Positions 17,121-25,160 of a stretch of DNA of 32,000 bases are shown here, one piece after another. The stretch lies in assembly GCA_963692945.1 (NCBI GenBank), contig OY843585.1:630001-662000 (forward strand), in the 5' to 3' direction. This DNA is from Bdellovibrionales bacterium (GTDB taxonomy: Bacteria; Bdellovibrionota; Bdellovibrionia; Bdellovibrionales; UBA1609). Below the pieces are notes generated by a model. It saw only the letters and a list, made by a program, of their open reading frames with translations, was not told where the DNA came from and did no database searches. The translations under genes were made by a program, and so were the position numbers. The number at the start of each line of letters is the position of its first letter. The first letter of the stretch is position 1.

Positions 17121-17606
17121 TTGATTCACATAGGGGACAATGTTTTTTTTGAAGAACAAAATTTTGACAAGTTAGTCACACCTCATTCTAACAATAAACC
17201 GAACAACTATGAATCGGTTATGGAGGAAGAGGAAATGGTGAATCTGAACAAGATTAAGAATATTTTAGATATTCAAGAATCAGAGCATCCAGAGTTTATC
17301 TTGGCTAAAAATAGATTGAGATTTAAAAAGAAATTAACTTGGTATAAAGGGAAAAAGGACTGGTTAGATATCGCTCCTATTCAAAAAATCAATAAGCTTT
17401 TTAAACAACAAACCAAAGAATTAGAGACTATAAGATCTAATAAGTTGGACTATCAAATGGAATTGGAGACCGTTTCCCTTACTCCTCATTTGTACGATAA
17501 GGTTTTTGATGAGTTGAAAATGTGTAGAGCTCACGAGAAGATGGCTATCCAGCTCATCACAAAAATGCAAGTTAAATTCAAGTCTAGATCTAATAAAAAC
17601 AGTTAA
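17121..17606 (+). CDS. Hypothetical protein (161 aa), charged and helical
   Basis: TTG start with SD AGGAG at a 6-nt spacer. No recognisable domain. The C-terminal half is predicted helical ('LYDKVFDELKMCRAHEKMAIQLITKMQ'). Confidence 0.45.
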   Translation: MIHIGDNVFFEEQNFDKLVTPHSNNKPNNYESVMEEEEMVNLNKIKNILDIQESEHPEFILAKNRLRFKKKLTWYKGKKDWLDIAPIQKINKLFKQQTKELETIRSNKLDYQMELETVSLTPHLYDKVFDELKMCRAHEKMAIQLITKMQVKFKSRSNKNS

Positions 17607-17645
17607 AAGCTCAAAGTTTTTTTGAATTTTTCCGATAGATATAAT

Positions 17646-18095
17646 ATGGGTGATTCTATGAATGGAAAAAAATCAAAAGTATCTAAAATTATTTTTGTTA
17701 CTAATGATAAAGAGGAAGTTAGTAAGGTCAAAGATATAGCGTTAGAAAATCAATATGATTTTATGACTTATACAGAAGATGAATGGGCTACTTTTGAAGA
17801 TATAGAACAATATGTTCAAGAAGAAGATATTTCAAAGAAGATTGTTTCTCTCCCTTTAGGATATCGTTCCATTTTTTCTTTAGAAGAAATAGAAATGGAA
17901 ATTATTAAAAGAGTTATTAATAACGTTAAAGGAAACGCTGTCAAAGCCGCTAGGATTTTAAAAATTGGTAGAGCCACTCTTTATAGGAAATTAGATAAGT
18001 ATGATCTTAGCTTGAAAAAAGTTAGGCAACAGAGTTCGTCGGATAAGGAAGTCATTCCATATAAGCCACTTCGTGTTGTTAGAAAAGCTTCTTAA
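17646..18095 (+). CDS. Small Fis-family (HTH_8) DNA-binding protein
   Basis: The C-terminal 'EMEIIKRVINNVKGNAVKAARILKIGRATLYRKLDKY' matches the Fis/NtrC-type HTH. The N-terminal about 90 aa are acidic and of unknown fold. The start is uncertain (TTG 17622, ATG 17646 or ATG 17658). Confidence 0.65.
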   Translation: MGDSMNGKKSKVSKIIFVTNDKEEVSKVKDIALENQYDFMTYTEDEWATFEDIEQYVQEEDISKKIVSLPLGYRSIFSLEEIEMEIIKRVINNVKGNAVKAARILKIGRATLYRKLDKYDLSLKKVRQQSSSDKEVIPYKPLRVVRKAS

Positions 18096-19192
18096 GTTTT
18101 TCTGGGCTTTAAAGAATTAAAACATTTTTTAATACCATTTTTGAAAAGAGGTTCAAGTTTTTCAGCTTTATGAACCACTTGAGATGCGGCTTTTTGAAAT
18201 TCTAGCAGAAAAGTCCCTTTACTGAGAATACAAGCTTTTAAAAAATGGTTGTAAGATTTTTTAAATTGACCTTGTTTAAAGAGAAATTTGGACATAATTT
18301 GTAACAGTTTTAAAGATTCAGGGTTCATTTTGAGAGCTTGATTAAAGTAGAGAGTGGCCAAAACAGGATTGGTTTCTATAAAAAAGAGACCTGCTTTAAA
18401 TTGTATATAGAAAGATTGTTTATACTGATTGGCAATTTTAGCAACTGTTTTGTGTCTATTTTGAGAAGCTTCTTGTGAGAGAACATATAAAATCTGACTT
18501 TTTGAATCTTCTGGATTCTTTTTCATTGCCTTTTTACAAGTCTTTTGGCTTTGTTTAAGGTATTTGTTATCAAAATAAGCTTCACAAAGATAGATATAAT
18601 ATTCTGGTTTTTTAAAGTAACGAATCATTTCTATAACAAGTGATAAAGAATCTTTTGTATGAGAGTCTTTATTTAATAAAAGTGGTAGAAGCTCTATATA
18701 AGCAACTTCATATTTGCGATTGATTTTTATGGAATCACTAAGATAATCAATAGATTTTTCTTTATTTTCTTTCTTTAGATTTTTTAAAAACAATTCTTTG
18801 TAAGCCACTCCTAGTTTGTAATGGAATCTAGTGTTTTTAGGGTAGTCAGTAACCAATAGAGTTAGAACTTTAATTTGATTGAGATGGTCTCCATTCTTTT
18901 TATAAGTATTAGCTAGAAGTTCTAAAGTATTAGAGTGGGCATTATTATAAACATGACTCTCTAAGAAAGTTATAGATTTTACATATTCTTTTGAGAGAAT
19001 AGGTTTTTTGTTTAGAATGTCTAAAAACTTTTTGAGTTTTTTTAAAGTTTTTGGATGTAACCGAATGTTTTCTTTAATTTCTACTGTATTTTTTTTGTTC
19101 ACTATAGCCGTGTTTTTTTCCTTTTTTGAGATTTTACTATAGCTTATTGGAGATAATGAAAAAATAAGCAGTAGAAAAGAGAGATTTTTCAT
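18092..19192 (-). CDS. Secreted TPR-repeat protein
   Basis: 366 aa. Signal peptide 'MKNLSFLLLIFSLSPISYSK'. Several TPR-like units (e.g. 'ANTYKKNGDHLNQIKVLTLLVTDYPKN', 'LATLYFNQALKMNPES'). Confidence 0.6.
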   Translation of the reverse strand: MKNLSFLLLIFSLSPISYSKISKKEKNTAIVNKKNTVEIKENIRLHPKTLKKLKKFLDILNKKPILSKEYVKSITFLESHVYNNAHSNTLELLANTYKKNGDHLNQIKVLTLLVTDYPKNTRFHYKLGVAYKELFLKNLKKENKEKSIDYLSDSIKINRKYEVAYIELLPLLLNKDSHTKDSLSLVIEMIRYFKKPEYYIYLCEAYFDNKYLKQSQKTCKKAMKKNPEDSKSQILYVLSQEASQNRHKTVAKIANQYKQSFYIQFKAGLFFIETNPVLATLYFNQALKMNPESLKLLQIMSKFLFKQGQFKKSYNHFLKACILSKGTFLLEFQKAASQVVHKAEKLEPLFKNGIKKCFNSLKPRKT

Positions 19193-19272
19193 ACAGATTC
19201 AATCTTAAAAATTTTTACATTTATAATCAATGAAATTATTAAGTTGTTTTCCAAAAAAGCCGATAATTAGAA

Positions 19273-19286
19273 TAGACAGATGTCTA
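19273..19286. promoter_or_regulatory. Perfect inverted repeat TAGACA-GA-TGTCTA in a divergent intergenic region
   Basis: Read directly from the sequence. It lies between the TPR gene (start 19192, minus strand) and the 19374 gene (plus strand). Its function is unknown. Confidence 0.2.
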
Positions 19287-19373
19287 GATTATTACAGTTT
19301 TTGTGATTTTTTTTTAAGATAGAGGGATAATTTCTAGGTATTTTATGAATTAAAAATTTTCAAGGATGAAACA

Positions 19374-20075
19374 ATGAAAGATAAAAAAGGCAATAGTAAA
19401 ATAATTAGTATTCGGAAGTATCTTAAGAAAAAAGAATATTTGTTAAAAAATAAACCAACAGCAAAAGGTGAGGTAGAGAATTCATCTATTAGTCATGAGG
19501 AGTTTGGAGCTTCATCTTCTAATGTTATAGATTTATCTTCTTATTTAAAAACAAAAGGATTAGATATAAAAAGACAAAAACTCTTTTTAAAAGAGAGTTC
19601 AGAAAAAACATTCGGAAAAGTTATTCCATTTTTGCGAAGAGAAAAAGACACTCTTAAAGAAGAGTCAGACCAAGTGTTTAGTGATTTAAAGGAAGGAGAG
19701 TCTTCTATCGTTTTTTTAGAAAATTATTTTGAAAGAAAAAAATTTCATAATGATTTTTTTGAGCGAAAATCTGCAGGAGCAAAAGAAGTGTATTCCAAAT
19801 CTTATAAATCTATGGGTTGGGTTGCAGCGGCTTTATTAGCTCTTTTTTCTACTTCTTTGTTCTACAACCAGTCAAAAATAGGAAGTGGTAGAAGTCTTGC
19901 TGGAGATGGTTCTTATCACACCAGTATTTCTTCAGAAGAAGTAGATAGAATGCCTCAAAGTTTAAATGAGGAAAGTTTGAGTGCTTCGGAATATGTGAAT
20001 TATCTTAATAAAAATCAACACATCATCAAAGTAAAGGGTGAAAAACCTGTTGCTTTAGATTATAAAAATTATTGA
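19374..20075 (+). CDS. Hypothetical single-pass membrane protein with a 4x repeated short N-terminal motif
   Basis: 233 aa, SD-like AAGGA upstream. TM 'MGWVAAALLALFSTSLFY' at about residues 146-163. N-terminal repeats: 'KIISIRKYLKKKE', 'NVIDLSSYLKTKG', 'KVIPFLRREKD', 'SIVFLENYFERKK'. Confidence 0.45.
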   Translation: MKDKKGNSKIISIRKYLKKKEYLLKNKPTAKGEVENSSISHEEFGASSSNVIDLSSYLKTKGLDIKRQKLFLKESSEKTFGKVIPFLRREKDTLKEESDQVFSDLKEGESSIVFLENYFERKKFHNDFFERKSAGAKEVYSKSYKSMGWVAAALLALFSTSLFYNQSKIGSGRSLAGDGSYHTSISSEEVDRMPQSLNEESLSASEYVNYLNKNQHIIKVKGEKPVALDYKNY

Positions 20076-20111
20076 TTTTCAAAATTTATAAAAATTGTTT
20101 TCTAAGTTGAT

Positions 20112-23063
20112 TTAAATTTCTTTTAAAAAATCTTTTGAGAAAATTTCTGGTGCAAAGCCTCGTCTCATCGTATTTTCTGTTGTTATTTTTTGATTTAGAA
20201 ACTGTTTGAGATATTCAGGACCACCAGTTTTACTTCCTAAGCCAGACATTTTATAGCCTCCAAAAGGATGTCTTTGGACAAGGGCTCCTGTGCAATTTCT
20301 GTTGATGTATATATTACCTGCTTCTACCCATTGTTTAAACTTTTCTATATGACTAGGTCGGCGAGAATAAAGGGCAGCCGTTAATCCATAACGAGTGTTA
20401 TTGGTTTGTTTGATAGCCTCTTCAAAATTTTTAACTTTAAAAAGAGTTAAAACGGGTGCAAATAACTCTTCTTGCATAAGAGGACAGTCCGCTTGATCTG
20501 TCAAAAAAACAATGGGAGGAATAAACCAACCTCCTTCTAAGTTTTTAGATTCGTAAATTTTTTGAGATGAAATGGTTTGAGTTTTGAGAAAACTTTTGAT
20601 TTTTTTATAAGATGATTCATCTACAACGGGACCTAAAAAAGTTTTTGGATTTTCAGATTTATCTATAATAAGACTTTCTACAGCAGGGATAAATCGGGTT
20701 ATAAATTTATCATAAATTTCTTCTATTATAAGAACTCGGCTACAGGCAGAACATTTTTGTCCTTGAAAGGAGAAAGCCGAAGTTAGAATCCCCGAGATGG
20801 CTTCATCTAGATCTGCTGATAAATCTACAACAATGGCATTTTTCCCACCCATTTCAACAATATTTTTTTTAATATGTTTTTGTTTTTTGGAGATAGATTT
20901 TGTTTCTTGAATGATTTGAGATCCAACTTCAAAGGATCCAGTAAAAGAAATAATAGGAATTTTTGGATGTTTAACTAAATAAGATCCTATTTTTTCTCCT
21001 TGTCCAGGAAGAAAAGAAAAACTTTCTTTTGGAAACCCGCTTTGTAAAAGAAGTTTTGCTAATTCATACGCTATCAAAGAACTTTGTTCTGCTGGTTTTA
21101 TAAGAACTGTATTTCCACAAACAAGAGGGGCAACAACCATACCTGTAAGTATAGCTAAAGGAAAATTCCATGGTGCTATAATAGCTGTCGGGCCAATGGC
21201 TTGATAAAAAGCTAAACTTTCTTCTCCAGAAATTTCACAAGTTTTTTTTGAGGAAGATAATTGTAAAAAAGAATCAGCATAGTAATTACAAAAATCTATA
21301 CTTTCACAAACATCGGCATGGGCTTCCAACCAAGTTTTTCCAACTTCAAAAACTTGAAGAGTTGCTAATTCAAATTCTTTTTTTTTCATTAAAACAGCTA
21401 GATTTTTTAAATATTGAATTCTTTTTTTAGGATCAGTGTGTTGCCATTGTTCAAAGAAATCAGAGGCTATCTCCACAGATTGTTCAGCTTGTTTTGTATC
21501 GGCAAAATGGGTGCAACTCACAATTTGTTGAATGTCTGAAGGATTTTTTCGTTTCCATAAATGAGAGGAGGAATGCTCTTCGCCGTTTAAGATGATAGGA
21601 ACGGTTATTGGAAATTTATTTTTCCATAACTCTAAATTCTTTTGAAAAAGAACACGATTTTCTTTGATTGTAAAATCTAAAAGCGGAGTGTTTTCAAAAT
21701 GATCTTTGAGAGGTTTTTTATTTTCTGTATGAGGTTGAGAGAATGTTGGAATTTTTAGTAATTGTTTTTCAGATTGATCTTGAGATAGAGTTGCAAGGAT
21801 AAAGGATTGGTTCGCTGTATTTTCTAAAAGACGACGAACAAGGTAAGACATTCCAGGTATAAGATTTCCAATGGTTGAATAAAGACGAACTCTATAACCT
21901 TCCTCTATAAGTCGGTGAGAGATAGTTTCTCCCACGCCATAAAGAACTTGAAATTCAAGATTGGCTTTTGGATAGAATTGATGGAGAGCTAAGGCCTTAG
22001 AAATAGATCTTATATTGTGAGAACCAACAGCCATTTTAATGAAAGCATTGTTTTTAAAAAGGAACTCTAAACATTGCTCAAAATTAGCGTCTGTATCTTC
22101 TTTTACTGTATAAACAGGAATAGGCCAATTTTGTTGTTTGGCTGTTAAAACTTCAGAATCCCAGTAGGCTCCTTTCACAAGACGAATAGTTATTGGTTGT
22201 CCTCTTTGTTTTGAAAACGCAATAAGGTCTTTTAAATCTGAAAAACTTTCTTTGAGATAAGCTTGAACAACAATCCCAAAATGAGGATATTTTTTAAAAT
22301 TTGGTTCTAAAAGGAGTTCTTTGAAAACCTCTTTGATGAGAGTTTTATATCGGTATTGTTCCATATCCAAGTTGATAAAAATAAAATTTTTCACTGCTTT
22401 TTGAAATAAAGGTCGTAATTTTTTTTTCATTTCTTCTTTTGTAAATTCCCAAGCTTCTTCTTTGATATAATGACAAAGAGAACTTACTTTAATAGAGATA
22501 TTGATAGAGGGGATTTTTCCCGTTGGATCAGTGTCTATTAAATCATTTGGTTTCCAAGTGTCCCGAGTTTGTATCAATTCTTCCATAAGATTTGAATAAT
22601 ATTCTTGATACTTTAGAGCTTCTTTTTCAGAAAGAGTGGCTTCCCCTAAAATGTCAAAAGAGAAACATTGATTTTTATTTCTTATTTTAGGAATTATTTT
22701 TAAACCTTCTTTTATAGTTGATCCTGTAATAAAAATCTTAGCCATTTCGTTCACTTGTTTTTTAATGGTTTTTGCCATAAAGGTAGGAGCTAAACTTCCT
22801 AAACCTGATGTCAGGTATTTTAAATCTTGATCTTTAAAGTATTCATTGAGATGAGATAGAATTTGTTCAGGTGTTTCAAGGCTGGGTAGGACATCAATAA
22901 AATGGAACAGATTGGTTTTAAAATCATTGCTTTTCATTGTCCAAGATAGAACTTTCCCATACCACCAGTTTTTATTGAAGATTTGATAACTAGATTGTCT
23001 AGCTTGCTTCAAAATAGAGGAACCTTTTTCTTGAATGATTTTTTCGAGTTCATCTGTTTGCAT
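20112..23063 (-). CDS. putA: Bifunctional proline dehydrogenase / L-glutamate-gamma-semialdehyde (P5C) dehydrogenase, without an RHH DNA-binding domain
   Basis: 983 aa. PRODH barrel motifs: 'ITIRLVKGAYWD', 'GSHN.RS', 'FQVLYGVGE', 'YLVRRLLENTANQSF'. ALDH motifs: 'PWNFPLAI', 'EMGGKNAIVV', catalytic Cys in 'FQGQKCSACSR', 'EELFAPV'. Confidence 0.93.
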   Translation of the reverse strand: MQTDELEKIIQEKGSSILKQARQSSYQIFNKNWWYGKVLSWTMKSNDFKTNLFHFIDVLPSLETPEQILSHLNEYFKDQDLKYLTSGLGSLAPTFMAKTIKKQVNEMAKIFITGSTIKEGLKIIPKIRNKNQCFSFDILGEATLSEKEALKYQEYYSNLMEELIQTRDTWKPNDLIDTDPTGKIPSINISIKVSSLCHYIKEEAWEFTKEEMKKKLRPLFQKAVKNFIFINLDMEQYRYKTLIKEVFKELLLEPNFKKYPHFGIVVQAYLKESFSDLKDLIAFSKQRGQPITIRLVKGAYWDSEVLTAKQQNWPIPVYTVKEDTDANFEQCLEFLFKNNAFIKMAVGSHNIRSISKALALHQFYPKANLEFQVLYGVGETISHRLIEEGYRVRLYSTIGNLIPGMSYLVRRLLENTANQSFILATLSQDQSEKQLLKIPTFSQPHTENKKPLKDHFENTPLLDFTIKENRVLFQKNLELWKNKFPITVPIILNGEEHSSSHLWKRKNPSDIQQIVSCTHFADTKQAEQSVEIASDFFEQWQHTDPKKRIQYLKNLAVLMKKKEFELATLQVFEVGKTWLEAHADVCESIDFCNYYADSFLQLSSSKKTCEISGEESLAFYQAIGPTAIIAPWNFPLAILTGMVVAPLVCGNTVLIKPAEQSSLIAYELAKLLLQSGFPKESFSFLPGQGEKIGSYLVKHPKIPIISFTGSFEVGSQIIQETKSISKKQKHIKKNIVEMGGKNAIVVDLSADLDEAISGILTSAFSFQGQKCSACSRVLIIEEIYDKFITRFIPAVESLIIDKSENPKTFLGPVVDESSYKKIKSFLKTQTISSQKIYESKNLEGGWFIPPIVFLTDQADCPLMQEELFAPVLTLFKVKNFEEAIKQTNNTRYGLTAALYSRRPSHIEKFKQWVEAGNIYINRNCTGALVQRHPFGGYKMSGLGSKTGGPEYLKQFLNQKITTENTMRRGFAPEIFSKDFLKEI

Positions 23064-23316
23064 AAACTTGAAAATAATAGGAAAAGAGGGTCTTTACAAG
23101 TGAAACTCTTATTTTTATATTAAAGGCTTTCTTTGTTTAGAATAGGGTTGAATTTTATAAAAATTTCAGGTTTTTTTTTAAGAGATTCTTAATGAACTAA
23201 ACCAAAGTCTATAAATGATGTAAGTTAAAAATTCTCTGTAAAATAGCACTCCTTTTTATCCTTACTTCCTAATAAAAATCTCTATTTTTTCCGAAAAAGA
23301 AAATAGGGAGGAAACT

Positions 23317-24258
23317 CTGAAATATTTAGCCATTGTTCTTTTTTTTGTAACTGCCCTTTCGTCTTGCATTATTGAGCAAGGGGGTTCTTTCTTTAATCGT
23401 CCATCTTTTGATGCATGCACTTTTAGTATAGATCCTCTGACTGGATACCCTATTAGGTGGAAAAAAGATCAATTTCCTATACCTTTTTACGTTCATGAGT
23501 CTGTTCCTTCAGAGGCTTATCATAATTTTGTTTCTGCCGTGAAATACTGGAATTTGGTTTGGCAAGAGCATTTGGATCAAAAGGGAATAAAAGCCCATTC
23601 TCTTTTTAATATTGTTGGTAAGAATCAGCTCTTTTCAACAGGTCCAAAAAGAGATGGTTATAATGTGCTTTTCTTCACGAGCCATTTTGATGAATACCAT
23701 AGTCAGAATACTCCATCAGAAACCCAAGCTGTGACTATTGTGAGACGTAATAAGGAAAACATCAAGGATACAGATATTATTGTTAATACTGGTAATTTTA
23801 AGTTTTTTTATGATGATAATTACAATGAAGATGTTTATGTGGCTTCTCAAAAAAGATCTTCCAAGAGAAATCTATCTAGTTCAAGAGATTTAACTTTCAT
23901 GGAGTCGATTAAAGCAAAGTTACTCTCTTTCTTTAAAGGTTTTTTAAAATTGTTAAAAAGAGAGGTTTCTCCCACAAGAGGCATTGCAGCTCGTGAAGTT
24001 TCTGTTCCTAGGGGGTTGGTTGATTTTCCTAGTTTAATGATTCATGAGTTGGGTCATGTTCCAGGTTTATTCCATTCTGATCATGAGAGTATACAATCAC
24101 TTAGAGGTGATTCAAAAAGATTCGCTTCTTCATCTGGAGCTAGAAGAAGTAGCGTTTCATCTGTTATGAAAGCCAAATTGTCTTCAGGTTCATCGCGTAG
24201 AACAGTGGGACAATTTGATTTAGAGAATTTATCTTGTGGTTATTACAGAGATTTATAG
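23317..24258 (+). CDS. Matrixin-type metzincin Zn-metalloprotease lipoprotein (apparent non-canonical CTG start)
   Basis: 'MIHELGHVPGLFHSD' equals HExxHxxGxxH-S (the matrixin signature), and the downstream 'SSVMKA' is a possible Met-turn. The frame is open from 23275. The track ORF begins only at GTG 23539, but the upstream in-frame sequence encodes a lipoprotein signal '(M)KYLAIVLFFVTALSS|C' plus the matrixin-like 'YPIRWKKDQFPIPFYV...AVKYWN'. CTG 23317 sits 5 nt after GGGAGG (23306-23311). Confidence 0.6.
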   Translation: MKYLAIVLFFVTALSSCIIEQGGSFFNRPSFDACTFSIDPLTGYPIRWKKDQFPIPFYVHESVPSEAYHNFVSAVKYWNLVWQEHLDQKGIKAHSLFNIVGKNQLFSTGPKRDGYNVLFFTSHFDEYHSQNTPSETQAVTIVRRNKENIKDTDIIVNTGNFKFFYDDNYNEDVYVASQKRSSKRNLSSSRDLTFMESIKAKLLSFFKGFLKLLKREVSPTRGIAAREVSVPRGLVDFPSLMIHELGHVPGLFHSDHESIQSLRGDSKRFASSSGARRSSVSSVMKAKLSSGSSRRTVGQFDLENLSCGYYRDL

Positions 24259-24379
24259 ATAGGGAGGCCTAATTATAGAGGGTGTAAAGCAACAAGAGTT
24301 TGTAATGTTAAAATGATTTTTTAAAGAATTGAGAATGTAAGATAATTTAATTTTACTTAAATAAAATAAGGAATATAAG

Positions 24380-24613
24380 ATGAAAAATAGAAGTAATAAA
24401 AAAGGGAATAAAGATAAAAGAATTATGAAAAATAATGTAGTTACTAATGAAAATAGGAGCTCTAGAAATGCTATGGATGCATCTTATGCTTTGTTAGATT
24501 TGGAAGAAAATCATTTAGTTGGTCGTATCAGTGAAAATCTTTTTCAGCTGGAACAAAATGTTGAGTTCTTTAGTTTTGTGATTAAAGAGATTGAAGAGAT
24601 TACGAAACAGTAA
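24380..24613 (+). CDS. Hypothetical small protein (77 aa), basic N-terminus and acidic helical C-terminus
   Basis: ORF with SD-like AAGGAA 8 nt upstream. No recognisable domain. Confidence 0.35.
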   Translation: MKNRSNKKGNKDKRIMKNNVVTNENRSSRNAMDASYALLDLEENHLVGRISENLFQLEQNVEFFSFVIKEIEEITKQ

Positions 24614-24617
24614 AAAT

Positions 24618-24935
24618 TTAATGGATGCTTTTACTGGTTGATAAAATGGTATTATCCACAATATGAAAATAAGTTCTTACCAGTATTTCAAAATTTTCTG
24701 AATTGAGTTCATCTAAGTATTTCTTTTTATCTTGAAAAGATTTTTTAGAAATAAGACCTGTGAAAACAGATTGTATTTTTTTAATGTTGCCTGTATTAAA
24801 AAAATGTTTTTCAGCCGTTGGGATTTTTAAAATATTCGTAAGTTTTTTATTATCATCAAATAAGAGATGTAGTCCTTTGGTAGATTGATCAAATAAAAAC
24901 TCGATTTCCTTGAGTTGTTTTTTTTCAATTTTCAT
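24618..24935 (-). CDS. Hypothetical small protein (105 aa)
   Basis: Strong SD AGGAGG with a 6-nt spacer before the ATG. No recognisable domain. Confidence 0.45.
   Translation of the reverse strand: MKIEKKQLKEIEFLFDQSTKGLHLLFDDNKKLTNILKIPTAEKHFFNTGNIKKIQSVFTGLISKKSFQDKKKYLDELNSENFEILVRTYFHIVDNTILSTSKSIH
24652..24660 (+). promoter_or_regulatory. Perfect DnaA-box 9-mer TTATCCACA (inside the 3' end of the 105-aa ORF)
   Basis: Exact match to the consensus TTATCCACA, extended identically to the second copy (TTATCCACAAT). It lies in coding sequence (it encodes ..IVDN.. on the minus strand). Confidence 0.3.
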
Positions 24936-25046
24936 ATGATTCCTCCTTGAATCCTAATTTAATTTAATTTTTACTTTCTTTTTGGATCAAGAAATATCTT
25001 GGAATATAGACTAAGGTATATAAAATAGAATAAGGAATGCACAGAG

Positions 25047-25055
25047 TTATCCACA
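25047..25055 (+). promoter_or_regulatory. Perfect DnaA-box 9-mer TTATCCACA in the divergent intergenic region
   Basis: Exact consensus match, same orientation as the 24652 copy. It is about 105 bp upstream of the FHA gene and about 110 bp upstream of the 105-aa gene. Confidence 0.35.
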
Positions 25056-25160
25056 ATGTTGAATAGGATTTATAAAAAAAGCAGTTTTTGTAGTTTTATA
25101 GAAGTAGTAAGATTTATGTGTGAAAGGATGAGAGTTGATTTTGTTTAAAAGGGGTTTTTG

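Noticed and set aside
19230-19322. 30-aa Cys-containing micro-ORF (MKLLSCFPKKPIIRIDRCLDYYSFCDFFLR) in the 19193-19373 intergenic region
   Set aside because: It has no SD, is very short and is not testable for conservation here. It spans the palindrome, which more likely acts at the DNA level.
21248-21430. 60-aa ORF antisense in putA
   Set aside because: It is embedded in a confidently called gene, so it is an artefact.
23950-24030. 'VPRGLVD' near the metzincin active site, considered as a matrixin cysteine-switch (PRCGxPD) remnant
   Set aside because: It has no cysteine, and it lies immediately before the catalytic helix rather than in an N-terminal propeptide. It is more likely part of a duplicated low-complexity insert.
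24936-25157. Chromosomal replication origin (oriC) hypothesis for the DnaA-box-containing AT-rich intergenic region
   Set aside because: Only one exact box lies in the intergenic DNA. There is no array of boxes in both orientations, no adjacent dnaA/dnaN/gidA-type genes and no visible switch in gene orientation or skew. It is kept only as a low-probability alternative in the DnaA-box finding.
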